Shown: positions 22,183 to 32,697, numbered from the stretch's first letter. The stretch: DNA of 64,000 nt from Erythrobacter sp. (GCA_041662105.1 JBAZTF010000002.1:133377-197376); one strand, 5' to 3'. The notes: generated by a model from the letters alone, not told the origin. Made by a program: numbers and translations.

Positions 22183-23043
22183 TTAATGGACCGGTGGATC
22201 GATCCGCGGGATCTGGCGGACCGGGGCCACCGGCTCGCCCGGTTCGCGGGGTGGGAGCGCATTTTCGGGCACATCGTCGATCTGCATGTCGGCCGTGTCG
22301 ACGTGCTGCAGGTTGCGAACCGTCACCGACAGGCTATTGCCGTCCCAGATGATCTCGTTGAAGCTGGGCGGGGTCGAACGCGTCCTTTGCGACAGCGTTC
22401 CCGCACCGATCATCCGCACCGGGCCCGCGGGCGTCGCCTCCATGATGTCGAAGGCATCGTGGACATGGCCCGAAAGGACCGCCTCGACCTTGCGCGCCGC
22501 CAGTTCGGCGAGAGCCCGCTCGCCATGCCGGGTCAGCGCGGTGCCGCTGGTTCCCACCTCGCGCAGCGGGTGATGCGCCGCGACCAGCACACGGGTTCCT
22601 TGCGGAAGCGCATCGATCATCGCCAGGCACGCCTCCAGCGCGGCGCGGCTGACCCATCCCTTCGACCAGTTGAGCCGCGGCTGTGCCGGCACCGCCGTCT
22701 TGAGCGGTACGATCGCCAGCGAGCCGAGATCGAGCTCGCGCTCGACCTTTTCCGCCATGCCGCGGAACCGGCGATACGGGGCAAAGAAGCGCTCGACAGG
22801 GTTGAAATAGGGCATGTCGTGATTGCCCACCTCGACCGTCACCGGGGCCTCCAGCGAGTTGATCCAGGCGGTCGCCGCGGCGAATTCGCGATGCCGCGCG
22901 CGCATGGTCAGGTCGCCGGTGATCGCCACCGCATCGGGCCGCCGCAAGGCGATCTCGCGCTTCGCCCAATCGAGCGCGCGGGTGCTCTCGAGGCCGAAAT
23001 GGATGTCCGAAAGGTGGAAGATGCGACGCAGGTCAGAAGCCAT
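22183..23043 (-). CDS. Calcineurin-like metallophosphoesterase
   Basis: HLSDIHFG, ITGDLT, VGNHD, HHPL, LSGHVH. Confidence 0.9.
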   Translation of the reverse strand: MASDLRRIFHLSDIHFGLESTRALDWAKREIALRRPDAVAITGDLTMRARHREFAAATAWINSLEAPVTVEVGNHDMPYFNPVERFFAPYRRFRGMAEKVERELDLGSLAIVPLKTAVPAQPRLNWSKGWVSRAALEACLAMIDALPQGTRVLVAAHHPLREVGTSGTALTRHGERALAELAARKVEAVLSGHVHDAFDIMEATPAGPVRMIGAGTLSQRTRSTPPSFNEIIWDGNSLSVTVRNLQHVDTADMQIDDVPENALPPREPGEPVAPVRQIPRIDPPVH

Positions 23044-23117
23044 GGCCGGTCGCTAGCAGATTGTCCGGGCATGCGACCACAGCGAATGCGAGGCCGCGCC
23101 GTCCGACCGCTTGCCGC

Positions 23118-23381
23118 TCAGACCCGGCCACCGACGGGCAACCAGCAGAACAACCCGTTGGCCAGCGTATATCCGCCATAAAACCGGCCCGTGGGCGACC
23201 AGCCGCCGGCACTCTGGAATCATTGCGGCAAACAGGACCAGGAATTCCAGCAGCAGCGCGATACGCCCCCCCGGCGCAATGCCGGCGGCAGCGAAGCGAC
23301 AACCGGATGGCCGCTTTCCAGCATGGCCTTGCCGAGTGCGAAATTCAGCACGCCGCAGACAAAGAGCAGGCCCAGCACCAT
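23118..23381 (-). pseudogene. Small membrane protein interrupted by two compensating frameshifts
   Basis: Frame 1 reads MVLGLLFVCGVLNFALGKAMLESGHPVVASLPPALRRGG, shifts at the C7 run (23266-23272) to RIALLLEFLVLFAAM, then returns to frame 1 for SAGGW...FYGGYTLANGLFCWLPVGGRV*. The total span is 264 nt. Confidence 0.55.
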
Positions 23382-23582
23382 CGACGGATGGCATAGTCCG
23401 GGCACCCGCAGATTGCCAATCGCGGTTCGTCGACTGCCCTGCGCCGCCCATCCAATGCCCGTGTCGCTCGTCGATCAGCGTTAGTGTTTACAGTTGTAGC
23501 CATGTAATACAGGTCCTGCGGAGGGTCCTCCCCCAATCAGTCCCCCAAAACCGGGACCCTCCGCAGACCCGGAGGAAAACCC

Positions 23583-23897
23583 ATGAAATCCACCCTCGCC
23601 CTGATCGTCGCGGCCGGCGCGGCCGGCCTTGCCGCCCCCGCCGCCGCCATTCCCGCGAATGCCGAACCCTATAGCATGCGCGTGAAATATTCCGATCTCA
23701 ACCTCGCGACCCCCGAAGGTCTCGCCCACCTCGAGCGCCGGATCGACAACGCCGCGCGCAAGGTGTGCGGCTTTGAACGCAGCGTAACCGGCACCCGCCT
23801 GCGCAGCCCGCAGGTCGACGCCTGCCGCGAAAATGCCAAGGCGAAGGCCATGGCCCATGTCGCCGCGGTCATCAAAGAGCGTACGCGCGGCGGCTAG
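23583..23897 (+). CDS. UrcA family exported protein
   Basis: Signal peptide, VKYSDLNLATPEG...LERRIDNAARKVCG...C; strong GGAGG RBS. Confidence 0.88.
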   Translation: MKSTLALIVAAGAAGLAAPAAAIPANAEPYSMRVKYSDLNLATPEGLAHLERRIDNAARKVCGFERSVTGTRLRSPQVDACRENAKAKAMAHVAAVIKERTRGG

Positions 23898-24104
23898 AGT
23901 GATTTCGAGCCGGATGGAATCATCTGGCGGCCCGGAAATCACGGTAAAACAAGAATCTGGAGTGCCGACTTTGATGCAATCAAAGGCGGAAGCACTCTAG
24001 AGTGATTTCGAGCCGGATGGAATCATCCGGCGGCCCGGAAATCACGGTAAAACAAGAATCTGGAGTGCCGGCTTTGATGCAACCAAAGCCGGCAAGCACT
24101 CTAG
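23894..24104. repeat. Composite repeat locus 4: tandem (A+C)x2, about 104-bp period
   Basis: CTAG at 23894, 23997 and 24101 delimits two near-identical A+C units. Confidence 0.93.
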
Positions 24105-24110
24105 CCCTAC

Positions 24111-24154
24111 TGGGCCCCGGCCGAACGCAGTCCCTTGGCCGGGGTCGTCTTTTT
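24111..24154 (+). terminator. Intrinsic terminator downstream of the UrcA gene and repeat
   Basis: CCCCGGCCGAA...TTGGCCGGGG followed by TCGTCTTTTT. Confidence 0.6.
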
Positions 24155-24192
24155 GCAAAATCGGGATTTGCCGTGCCGCGCGGCAGGCTGGA

Positions 24193-24942
24193 TCAGCGTC
24201 CGGCCATGGCCTTGACCTTGGGCAGGTAGGTGCGCCCGATGCGCAGCGCCTCGCCGTCGTCAAGCTCTACCGACCAGACGCCCAGCCCGTCATGTCGCAG
24301 GCCCGCGATGCGGTCGCGCCGCAGGATGGTCGAACGGTGGATGCGAATGAAGCGCGCCGGATCGAGCCGCTTCTCGAGCCCCGCGATGGTTTGCAGCAGC
24401 AGGTAGGTGCGCGCCTCGTCACCCTCGCCCACATGCAGGCGGACATAGTCGCGCTCGGCATCGATCCGGCCAACTTCCGCCGTCGCGATGCGGATCAGTT
24501 CCGAACGGTGCGGGATCCACAGTTCCTCGAGCCAGCGGCTTTCGCCGCGCGCGGTATCGCCCTGGTGTGCCAGCGCACGCTTGATCGCGCGTTCGAGCCG
24601 CTCGGGCTTGACCGGCTTGAGCACGTAATCGACCGCGTCGAGATCGAAGGCCTCGACCGCGTAATTGTCATGCGCGGTAACGAAGACCACCGCCGGACGG
24701 CTTGCCGACTTCGCCAGCTGCCTGGCGACCGACAGTCCGTCGACCTCGGGCATGGTCATGTCGAGCAGCACGAGGTCGGGCCTGAGCGCTTCGATCAGGC
24801 GCAGGGCCTGCGCGCCGTCGCTGGCGGTGCCGATCACCGTCAGGTCGTCGATCCGCGCGCAGATCACCTGCATGCGTTCGACCGCGAGCGGTTCGTCGTC
24901 GACGATGAGGGTGCGCAGTTTCCGGGGCGCCTCTTCAGCCAT
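24193..24942 (-). CDS. LytTR family response regulator
   Basis: LIVDDEPLA, LLDMTMP, FVTAHD, DYVLKP, RFIRIHRS. Confidence 0.92.
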   Translation of the reverse strand: MAEEAPRKLRTLIVDDEPLAVERMQVICARIDDLTVIGTASDGAQALRLIEALRPDLVLLDMTMPEVDGLSVARQLAKSASRPAVVFVTAHDNYAVEAFDLDAVDYVLKPVKPERLERAIKRALAHQGDTARGESRWLEELWIPHRSELIRIATAEVGRIDAERDYVRLHVGEGDEARTYLLLQTIAGLEKRLDPARFIRIHRSTILRRDRIAGLRHDGLGVWSVELDDGEALRIGRTYLPKVKAMAGR

Positions 24943-26143
24943 GCTTCACCATGGGGAGCCTGAGTTCGGTTTCGTAGCCTTGCAGCGCCGCGCCCGAGGT
25001 CACGCTCGCCTCATTGCCGAAACGCGCTTCGAGCCGGTCGCGGACGTTGGCGAGGCCGATGCCGAAGCCGCCCGAATGTCCCGCCGGCACGCCCGGTCCG
25101 TCATCGCTCACCGTCACCACCAGCCGGCCATATTCCTCGCGCGCGGTGATCGAAACCGTCACCGGGCGCGAGCTGGCGGATACGCCGTATTTGACCGAAT
25201 TTTCCACCAGCGGCTGGAGGATCATCCCGGGCACCTTGTAATTGGCCAGCGCCGAGGGGAGGTCGACGTGCACCCGCAGGCGCTCGGGGAAACGAACCGC
25301 CTCGATCTCGAGATAGTGTTCCTGCAGGTCGATCTCGTCGGCCAGGGTTACGTCGCCGGTCGAATCCTCGGCCAGGCTGTGGCGATAGAAGCGCGAGATC
25401 GTCTGGATCATCTGCTCGGCCCGTTCGGCCTTGCCGGTCATCACCAGTGCGGAAAGCGAGTTGAGCGTGTTGAACAGGAAGTGCGGGTTCACCTGATAGC
25501 GCAGCGAGCGCAGTTCGGCAGCCTTGGCGGCACTGCGGAAACGTTCGCCCTCGCGTTCGGCCGCCAATGCCTGCGCGCGCGCCTGGATCGCGATATAGAG
25601 CGCCGCCCAGGCCAGCAGCAGGAAGTAGCGCCCCAGCGCGATGTCGAAGGTCATCCGCCACTGGTCCAGCAGCGTCGGGGCCGGGGCAATCAGCACGCTT
25701 TCCGGCTTGGCCGCCCCGGCTTCGCCCACGTCCTTGTCGATCGGCGCACGCGGAACGTCGACCAGCAGATTGCCCGATTCGTCGCGGCGGATGGCGATGC
25801 CGCGTTCGGCACCGATCTTCTTTTCGATTTCGGCCTGGACCGGTTCGAACATCCACTGATTGACCTGGGCGATGGCCAGCGACGCCGGCGCGGCGATGAC
25901 TGTTCCGACCGCGATCTTGACGCCGATCGAGCGGTGGTCGAACAACCGCAGCACCAGCCACATCACGCTGGTAATGGCGATGCCGACCAGCACCACGACG
26001 CTGCGACGCCACAGCATGTCCCATTCGAGCCCGAATCCGGACAGCTCGCCGCGGATCGTGGCAAGCGTGAAGTAGATCACCCATACGCCCACGATCGAGC
26101 CCATCACGACCCGGGTGGGGAGATGCGGAGTCTCCGAATTCAT
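24935..26143 (-). CDS. LytS-type sensor histidine kinase
   Basis: TM helices, ELRSLRYQVNPHFLFNTLNS, ILQPLVENSVKYG, DDGPG, GIGLANVRDRL. Confidence 0.92.
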   Translation of the reverse strand: MNSETPHLPTRVVMGSIVGVWVIYFTLATIRGELSGFGLEWDMLWRRSVVVLVGIAITSVMWLVLRLFDHRSIGVKIAVGTVIAAPASLAIAQVNQWMFEPVQAEIEKKIGAERGIAIRRDESGNLLVDVPRAPIDKDVGEAGAAKPESVLIAPAPTLLDQWRMTFDIALGRYFLLLAWAALYIAIQARAQALAAEREGERFRSAAKAAELRSLRYQVNPHFLFNTLNSLSALVMTGKAERAEQMIQTISRFYRHSLAEDSTGDVTLADEIDLQEHYLEIEAVRFPERLRVHVDLPSALANYKVPGMILQPLVENSVKYGVSASSRPVTVSITAREEYGRLVVTVSDDGPGVPAGHSGGFGIGLANVRDRLEARFGNEASVTSGAALQGYETELRLPMVKHG

Positions 26144-26242
26144 CTGGCGTTCATCGCGCAAAGCATGCCGAGCTGTGGCCCCGAAGCCATGCAAAAGCCA
26201 GCGCGGCGGTCGATAGCGTTCGCACGTTGGTCGAGCCGGATG

Positions 26243-27769
26243 CTATTCGGCGAGCTCGAAATTGCCTTCGGCGATCCGCTTGCGCCATTCGGCGGGCGCG
26301 AGCGTGTGGACATTGTTGCCCGCAGCATCGACCGCCACGGTCACCGGCATGTCCTGCACCTCGAACTCATAGATCGCCTCCATGCCCAGATCCTCGAAAG
26401 CGACGACCCGTGCGCCCTTGATCGCCCGGCTGACGAGATAGGCCGCGCCGCCGGTGGCCATCAGGTAGGCGACCTTGAAACGGCTGATCACCTCGACCGC
26501 ATCGCGTCCGCGCTCGGCCTTGCCGATCATCGCGAGCAGGCCGAGGTCGAGCATCATCTCGGTGAACTTGTCCATGCGCGTGGCGGTGGTCGGGCCCGCC
26601 GGACCGACAGCTTCGCCCATCACCGGGTCGACCGGGCCAACGTAATAGATCGCGCGCCCCCTGAAATCGACCGGCAGCGCCTCGCCTGCTTCGAGCATGT
26701 CCTTGATGCGCTTGTGCGCCGCGTCGCGACCGGTGAGCATCGTGCCCGAAAGCAACAGGCGATCGCCGTGCTTCCAGCTCGCCACCTCGTCCGGCGTCAG
26801 CGCATCGAGGTCGACCCGCCTGGCCGCCGCGTCGGGCTGCCAGGTGACCTGCGGATAATCGGCGAGCCTGGGTGGCTCGAGATAGGCGGGGCCCGAACCA
26901 TCGAGCGTGAAGTGCGCGTGGCGCGTCGCTGCGCAGTTGGGAATCATCGCCACCGGCTTGCCCGCGGCGTGGCACGGCCAGTCCATGATCTTTACGTCGA
27001 GCACGGTCGACAGGCCGCCAAGCCCCTGCGCGCCGACGCCCATGGCATTGACCGCGTCGAAAATCTCGACCCGCAGCTTCTCGATATCGGTCTGCGGCCC
27101 GCGTGCCTTGAGCTGGCCCATGTCGATCGGGTCCATCAGGCTCATCTTGGCCAGCTTGACGCAATGTTCCGCCGTGCCGCCGATACCGATGCCCAGCATT
27201 CCCGGCGGGCACCAGCCCGCGCCCATCGAGGGAATCTGTTCGACCACCCAGTCGACGATGCTGTCGCTGGGGTTCATCATCCTGAACTTCGACTTGTTCT
27301 CGCTGCCGCCGCCCTTGGCCGCCACGTCGACGCTCACCGTATCGCCGGGCACCATTTCGACCGAGAGCACGCAGGGCGTGTTGTCGCGCGTGTTGCGGCG
27401 GGTGAAGGCGGGATCGGCGAGGATCGAGGCGCGCAGCTTGTTGTCGGGATTGTTGTAGCCGCGGCGCACACCCTCATCGACCACCTCCTGCAGGCTCAGT
27501 TTCGATTCGAGCCGGCAGTCCATGCCCCATTTGACGAAGACGTTGACGATCCCGGTGTCCTGGCAGATCGGCCGGTGGCCTTCGGCACACATCCGGCTGT
27601 TGGTCAGGATCTGCGCGATCGCGTCCTTCGCCGCGGGGCCCTTCTCCGCCTCATAGGCCTCGCCCAGGGCGCGGATATAGTCCATCGGGTGGTAATAGGA
27701 AATGTACTGGAGCGCGTCGGCCACGCTCTCGATCAGGTCCGCTTCCTTGATGACGGTCATGTCGCTCAT
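26243..27769 (-). CDS. Class I fumarate hydratase (Fe-S)
   Basis: RPICQDTG, KGGGSENKS, GWCPPG, TGRDAAH, GPTTATRM. Confidence 0.93.
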   Translation of the reverse strand: MSDMTVIKEADLIESVADALQYISYYHPMDYIRALGEAYEAEKGPAAKDAIAQILTNSRMCAEGHRPICQDTGIVNVFVKWGMDCRLESKLSLQEVVDEGVRRGYNNPDNKLRASILADPAFTRRNTRDNTPCVLSVEMVPGDTVSVDVAAKGGGSENKSKFRMMNPSDSIVDWVVEQIPSMGAGWCPPGMLGIGIGGTAEHCVKLAKMSLMDPIDMGQLKARGPQTDIEKLRVEIFDAVNAMGVGAQGLGGLSTVLDVKIMDWPCHAAGKPVAMIPNCAATRHAHFTLDGSGPAYLEPPRLADYPQVTWQPDAAARRVDLDALTPDEVASWKHGDRLLLSGTMLTGRDAAHKRIKDMLEAGEALPVDFRGRAIYYVGPVDPVMGEAVGPAGPTTATRMDKFTEMMLDLGLLAMIGKAERGRDAVEVISRFKVAYLMATGGAAYLVSRAIKGARVVAFEDLGMEAIYEFEVQDMPVTVAVDAAGNNVHTLAPAEWRKRIAEGNFELAE

Positions 27770-27914
27770 CGCCGCAAATTCCCTTGTTGCAGAATTGCGC
27801 TCTGCGATAGGCGCGTTTGCCGCCATCGGTCAAAGCGCTTGGACACAAGCTGTCTTGCGCCTAAAGCATGCCCGCTTGACCCAGCGTGTTAATAGAGTAA
27901 TACAGTAAGAACCT

Positions 27915-28514
27915 ATGACCACGACCCTTGCCCCCTCGACCGATTTTGCCGCCGCCCGCCGTGCGATGATCGACAGCCAGCTGCGCACCAGCGGCGTCAA
28001 CGAGGCTTTCGTGCTCGAACGCATGGATGCGGTCGCGCGCGAGGACTTCGTGCCCGAAACGATGCGCGCCGCCGCCTATACCGATCGGGCGATCCGCCTG
28101 GGCGAAGGCAAGGCGCTGCCTGCGCCTTTGTTCCACGGCATGATGCTGGCCGAAGCGCAGCCGAGGACCGATGACAGCGTGCTGGTGGTCGATGGCGGCA
28201 GCGGCTATCTCGCCGCGCTGGTCGAACCGCTGGTCGGATCGCTCAGGACTCTTTGCGCTGACGAGGTCGTCGGCGCAAAGAAGAAGGGCAATTATTCGCT
28301 CGTCCTTGTCGACGGAGCCATCGAACACGTCCCTGCCGAATTGGCCAAGCTGGTTGCCGAAGGCGGCCGGATCGTCACCGGCCTGGTCGAGCGCGGGGTC
28401 ACCCGCCTCGCCACCGGGCGCAAGGCGGCGGGCTCGCTTGCGCTGCTGCCGCTGGCCGAAATCGGCGTGCCGCGGCTCCACCGGTTCGACCGGCCCGCCA
28501 GCTGGAGCTTCTGA
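27915..28514 (+). CDS. pcm: Protein-L-isoaspartate O-methyltransferase family protein
   Basis: RRAMIDSQLRTSGV, REDFVP, VLVVDGGSGYLAAL; lies upstream of tolC. Confidence 0.8.
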   Translation: MTTTLAPSTDFAAARRAMIDSQLRTSGVNEAFVLERMDAVAREDFVPETMRAAAYTDRAIRLGEGKALPAPLFHGMMLAEAQPRTDDSVLVVDGGSGYLAALVEPLVGSLRTLCADEVVGAKKKGNYSLVLVDGAIEHVPAELAKLVAEGGRIVTGLVERGVTRLATGRKAAGSLALLPLAEIGVPRLHRFDRPASWSF

Positions 28515-29993
28515 ATGCGGTCGCCCGCCCTTGCGAAACACCTCGCCACCACCGTCGCCCTTGCCGCCGTCGCCGCCGCCCCTGCGGCCGCCGATACGCT
28601 GCAGGATGCGCTGACCGAGGCTTACGTGTCGAACCCAACGTTGCTCGCCGCTCGCGCCAACCAGCGTGCGAACGACGAAAACGTGCCGATCCAGCGCGCG
28701 CCGGGCCTGCCCGGTGTCAACGCCACCGCGACCTATGTCGAATCGATCCAGCAGTCGCAGAACAGCTTCAACGCGCCCAGCCGGACGCTGCAGGTCAACC
28801 CGCAGCTGACGGTGCCGGTTTACAGCGGCGGTGCGGTTCGCAATGCGGTCAATGCGGCGGAGCAGCGCGTAACAGCGGGACAGGCCGACCTGCGCGCGAC
28901 CGAAAGCTCGATCTTCAGCCAGGTGGTCGCGGCCTATATGGATGTGCTGCGCAACGAGGCTATCGTGTCGCTCAACGCCAACCAGGTCGAAGTGCTCAAG
29001 GTCAATCTGCAGGCAACCAGCGATCGCTATGAGATCGGCGACCTCACCCGGACCGACGTGGCCCAGTCGCAATCCCGGCTGGCGAGTGCGCAGGGCAATC
29101 TGCAAACTACCCAGGCCAATCTCATTTCCGCCCGCGAAACCTATATTTCGCTGGTCGGCAGCGCACCGCAAGACCTGCAAGCCCCGCCGCAGCTGCCCAA
29201 CCTGCCGCAGGACATCGAGGCCGCGGTCGATTTTGCGCTGGAAAACAACCCCGACCTCATCGCCGCGAAGGATCGCGCCAAGGCCGCCGGGTTCGATACC
29301 GAAGTGGCCGGTTCTGGCCGGCTGCCGACGGTCTCGCTGTTCGGCAGCGCCACCTATACCAATTTCTTCAACACCCTGGCCGGCGGATCGTCATTCCTGG
29401 CGCAGCGCGAGACCACCGCCAATGCCGGCGTGCAGGTGACGATTCCGATCTTTCAGGGCGGGTTGCCCGCGGCCCGCCAGCGGCAGGCGGCCGCGCGCGA
29501 GACCGCGGCGCTCGAGCAGGTCATCGCCGCCGAGCGCGACGTGATCGTTCAAGTCCGCGCCGCCTGGTCGAGCTGGCGTGCCTCGCTGGCGGTGATCGAG
29601 AGTGGTCAGCTTGCAGTCGAGGCTGCAGCGCTGAGTCTCGAAGGCGTGAAGGCCGAAAACTCGATCGGCAACCGCGATATCCTCGACGTGCTCAACGCCG
29701 AACAGGAACTGCTCTCGGCGCGCAGCCAGCTGGTGACCGCGCGGCGCAATGCCTATGTCGCCGGTTTCAGCCTGCTCGCCGCCATGGGCCGTGCCGAGGC
29801 ACGCGACCTCGGTCTGAGTGACGAGGGTGTGCTTTACGATCCGACGGAAAACTATCGCCGGGTGCGTGGGCGCATCTGGGACTGGGATCGCGATCCGGAG
29901 CCGGTGGCGTCCGCGACCAGCACCGTCGACATTCCCGCAGCAACCGCCGATGCACCGGAAGTGGGTGAAACTCCTGCCGAAAGCGGGTATTGA
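28515..29993 (+). CDS. tolC: TolC family outer membrane protein
   Basis: Signal peptide, AYVSNPTL.AAR, GDLTRTDVAQ, GNRDILDVLNAEQEL. Confidence 0.92.
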   Translation: MRSPALAKHLATTVALAAVAAAPAAADTLQDALTEAYVSNPTLLAARANQRANDENVPIQRAPGLPGVNATATYVESIQQSQNSFNAPSRTLQVNPQLTVPVYSGGAVRNAVNAAEQRVTAGQADLRATESSIFSQVVAAYMDVLRNEAIVSLNANQVEVLKVNLQATSDRYEIGDLTRTDVAQSQSRLASAQGNLQTTQANLISARETYISLVGSAPQDLQAPPQLPNLPQDIEAAVDFALENNPDLIAAKDRAKAAGFDTEVAGSGRLPTVSLFGSATYTNFFNTLAGGSSFLAQRETTANAGVQVTIPIFQGGLPAARQRQAAARETAALEQVIAAERDVIVQVRAAWSSWRASLAVIESGQLAVEAAALSLEGVKAENSIGNRDILDVLNAEQELLSARSQLVTARRNAYVAGFSLLAAMGRAEARDLGLSDEGVLYDPTENYRRVRGRIWDWDRDPEPVASATSTVDIPAATADAPEVGETPAESGY

Positions 29994-30056
29994 AGCCCCT
30001 ACGACGAATCGGAGTCCCGATTCGGAACAGGGCAGTCGGAACAGGGCAGGGACGCA

Positions 30057-30518
30057 ATGCAGCAACCGGGTGAACCATCGGTCGAAGAGATCCTCGATTC
30101 GATCAAGAAGGTCATCGCGCGCGACAATCGCGAAGGCCTGATTGCCGAACGCCGACGCAAGATCGTGCCGGCTCCCGAACCGGTGGTTGACGAGGCTGAA
30201 GAGGAAGGCGAGGAAGTCCTCGAACTCGATGCCGACTTCGCGATGGATACCGTCGAGGATTGCGAGGGGGCGCCCGAAGAGGCGTTGATCGGCGACGAGA
30301 CGCGCGACGCAATGCGGCAGAATTTCGCCGCGCTGGCGATGTTGTCGCAACCCGGCAAGGCTCCGCAAATCGTTCGCTCGGGCGAAACCTCGCTCGAAGG
30401 GCTGGTACGCGAACTGCTGCGCCCGATGCTGGCCAAGTGGCTCGACGAAAACCTTCCCGGCATGGTGGAAGAAATGGTCAAGGCCGAAATCGCGCGGATC
30501 GCCGGCAAGCGCGCCTGA
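30057..30518 (+). CDS. popZ: Polar organizer PopZ (DUF2497)
   Basis: EPSVEEILDSIKKVI N-terminal helix, acidic linker, SLEGLVRELLRPMLAKWLDENLP..VE..VKAEI.RI. Confidence 0.88.
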   Translation: MQQPGEPSVEEILDSIKKVIARDNREGLIAERRRKIVPAPEPVVDEAEEEGEEVLELDADFAMDTVEDCEGAPEEALIGDETRDAMRQNFAALAMLSQPGKAPQIVRSGETSLEGLVRELLRPMLAKWLDENLPGMVEEMVKAEIARIAGKRA

Positions 30519-30564
30519 CGCAAGCCGCTTAACTTTGCCCTCCCGCGCGCCTAGACCCGCGTGC

Positions 30565-32697
30565 ATGACAAGACATATCCGGGTCGCACTCCCGCTCGCC
30601 AGCGCGCTCGCGCTCTTTGCCACCCCGCTCGCCGCCGCGCCGGCCGATTCCGCTGCGGGCGCGCGCATGAGCGCACAGGACCTGGTCACCATGCCGCGGC
30701 TCGGCGCACCCAGCGTCGATCCGACCGGGCGGATGGCGGTCTATACGGTCACCGAAACCGACCCCGAAACCTTCGAGCGCAAGGGCGCGCTGCACATGCG
30801 GCTGCTCGATGCGATGGATGCCGCGCCGGTGCGATTGGCGCTTGAGGGAAGCGATGCGCAGTTCGGCGGCGATGGCTGGCTCTATTACCTGGCCGACGGC
30901 GCCAATGGTGGCGACGAACCGACCAGCCAGATCTGGCGTGCCCGGATCGGTGTCGACGGCACCATTTCGGGGGCGATGCAGGTCACCGACCTGCCGCGCG
31001 CGGTCAATGGTTTCGCCGTGGCGAAGGACGGCAGGCGGATCGCGGCGTTCGTCGCAATCGCGCGGAACTGCGCGACACCCGATTGCGATGATACGGCCAA
31101 GCCCTATCAGCCGGGTCCGGGCACCGGGCGGCTCTACCAGGGTGATGGTGGCTTCGTGCGCCATTGGGACCATTGGGAAACGCCTGGAACCTACAACCGC
31201 GTCTTCGCCTTCGAGCTGGTGGACGGCAAGGCAGGCGGCAGGGCAATCCCGCTCGACGGTCCCGCGGGCGCAGGCGGTCCGAACGGCGATACCCCGACCA
31301 TGCCATACGGGGGCAATGAGGACTTCGCCTTTGCCCCCGACGGCAGCGGCGCGTGGTTCGTCGCGCGCGAGGCCGATGCGCGGGAACCCTTCTCGACCAA
31401 TCTCGACATCTGGTGGAGCGATTTTTCGGGCGGTGCCCCGGTCAATCTGACCAGGGCGAACGAGGCGATGGACATGCTGCCCGCGCCCTCGCCCGATGGC
31501 CGCTACCTCGCCTATGTCGCGATGGCGCGCCCGACCTACGAAGCCGACCGGCAGGTGGTGATGCTGCGCGATCTGAGGACCGGCATCACCCGCGCGCTGA
31601 CGCAGGATTTCGACCGCAGCTTCGGCTCGCTCGCCTGGACGCCCGACGCGCGCTGGATCGTCGCGACCGCGCAGGACGTGCTCGACACGCCCGCTTTCCG
31701 CATCGACCCGCGCAGCGGCAGGGTCGAGACGCTTGACCTGATGGCCGGGAACGAGGCGCATATCACCAATATCGTGCCGATGCAGGGCGACGGCCTGGTC
31801 TTCACGCGCGATTCGATCGGCGCTCCGGCCGAACTCTATCTCTCGCGCAACTGGGATCAGGCCAAACCGTTGACCGATGTCGCCACGACCCGGATGGGCG
31901 CGCTTTCTCCGGTGGTGGTCCAGCGCTTCAGCTTTGCCGGTGCCGATGGCGACACCGTGTGGGGCCAGATCACCAAGCCCGAGGGCGCGGCCGGCCGGTT
32001 GCCCGCGATCCTCTATGTCCACGGCGGGCCGCAGGGCAGCTTCAACGACAGCTGGTCCAACCGCTGGAACCCGCGCGTTGTGGCGAGCCAAGGCTATGCG
32101 GTGATCTCGGTCGATTTCCACGGATCGACCGGATACGGGCAGGGTTTCACCGACGCGATCACCAACGACTGGGGTGGCAAGCCGCTCGAAGACCTGCAGA
32201 AGGGCCTCGCCCACGCGCTCGCGCTCGATCCGCAGATCGACGGGACGCGCGCCTGCGCCATGGGCGCCTCCTATGGCGGCTACATGATGAACTGGATCGC
32301 GGGCCAGTGGCCCGACCGGTTCAAATGCCTCGTTCAGCACGATGGCGTGTTCGATGCGCGCGCCATGGCCTACGAGACCGAGGAACTGTGGTTCGACATC
32401 TGGGAACACGGCGGCAAGCGCTATTACGAAGACCCGGCGGCCTATGAACGCTGGAACCCGGTCAGCCACGTCGACAAATGGCAGACCCCGATGCTGGTGA
32501 TCACCGGCGAGAAGGATTTCCGCATTCCCTATTCGCAGGGTATCGCCGCGTTCACTGCACTCCAGATGCGCGGCGTGCCCAGCCAGCTGCTGGTCTTCCC
32601 CGACGAAAACCACTGGGTCCTCAAACCGAAGAACGCGCTGCAATGGCACCGGACCGTGTTCGACTGGCTCGGAAAATGGCTGAAGGGGGCAAAGTGA
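30565..32697 (+). CDS. Secreted S9 family (dipeptidyl/acylaminoacyl) peptidase
   Basis: Signal peptide, beta-propeller repeats, VHGGPQG, GASYGG (catalytic Ser), DFRIP, DENHW. Confidence 0.92.
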   Translation: MTRHIRVALPLASALALFATPLAAAPADSAAGARMSAQDLVTMPRLGAPSVDPTGRMAVYTVTETDPETFERKGALHMRLLDAMDAAPVRLALEGSDAQFGGDGWLYYLADGANGGDEPTSQIWRARIGVDGTISGAMQVTDLPRAVNGFAVAKDGRRIAAFVAIARNCATPDCDDTAKPYQPGPGTGRLYQGDGGFVRHWDHWETPGTYNRVFAFELVDGKAGGRAIPLDGPAGAGGPNGDTPTMPYGGNEDFAFAPDGSGAWFVAREADAREPFSTNLDIWWSDFSGGAPVNLTRANEAMDMLPAPSPDGRYLAYVAMARPTYEADRQVVMLRDLRTGITRALTQDFDRSFGSLAWTPDARWIVATAQDVLDTPAFRIDPRSGRVETLDLMAGNEAHITNIVPMQGDGLVFTRDSIGAPAELYLSRNWDQAKPLTDVATTRMGALSPVVVQRFSFAGADGDTVWGQITKPEGAAGRLPAILYVHGGPQGSFNDSWSNRWNPRVVASQGYAVISVDFHGSTGYGQGFTDAITNDWGGKPLEDLQKGLAHALALDPQIDGTRACAMGASYGGYMMNWIAGQWPDRFKCLVQHDGVFDARAMAYETEELWFDIWEHGGKRYYEDPAAYERWNPVSHVDKWQTPMLVITGEKDFRIPYSQGIAAFTALQMRGVPSQLLVFPDENHWVLKPKNALQWHRTVFDWLGKWLKGAK

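Noticed and set aside
24665-27892. Very long alternative-frame or antisense ORFs (1075 aa here; also 14016-16733, 10697-12442, 6614-8158, 46704-48245)
   Set aside because: They are shadow ORFs opposite well-supported genes, expected in high-GC DNA, with Arg/Gly/Ala-rich content and no motifs.
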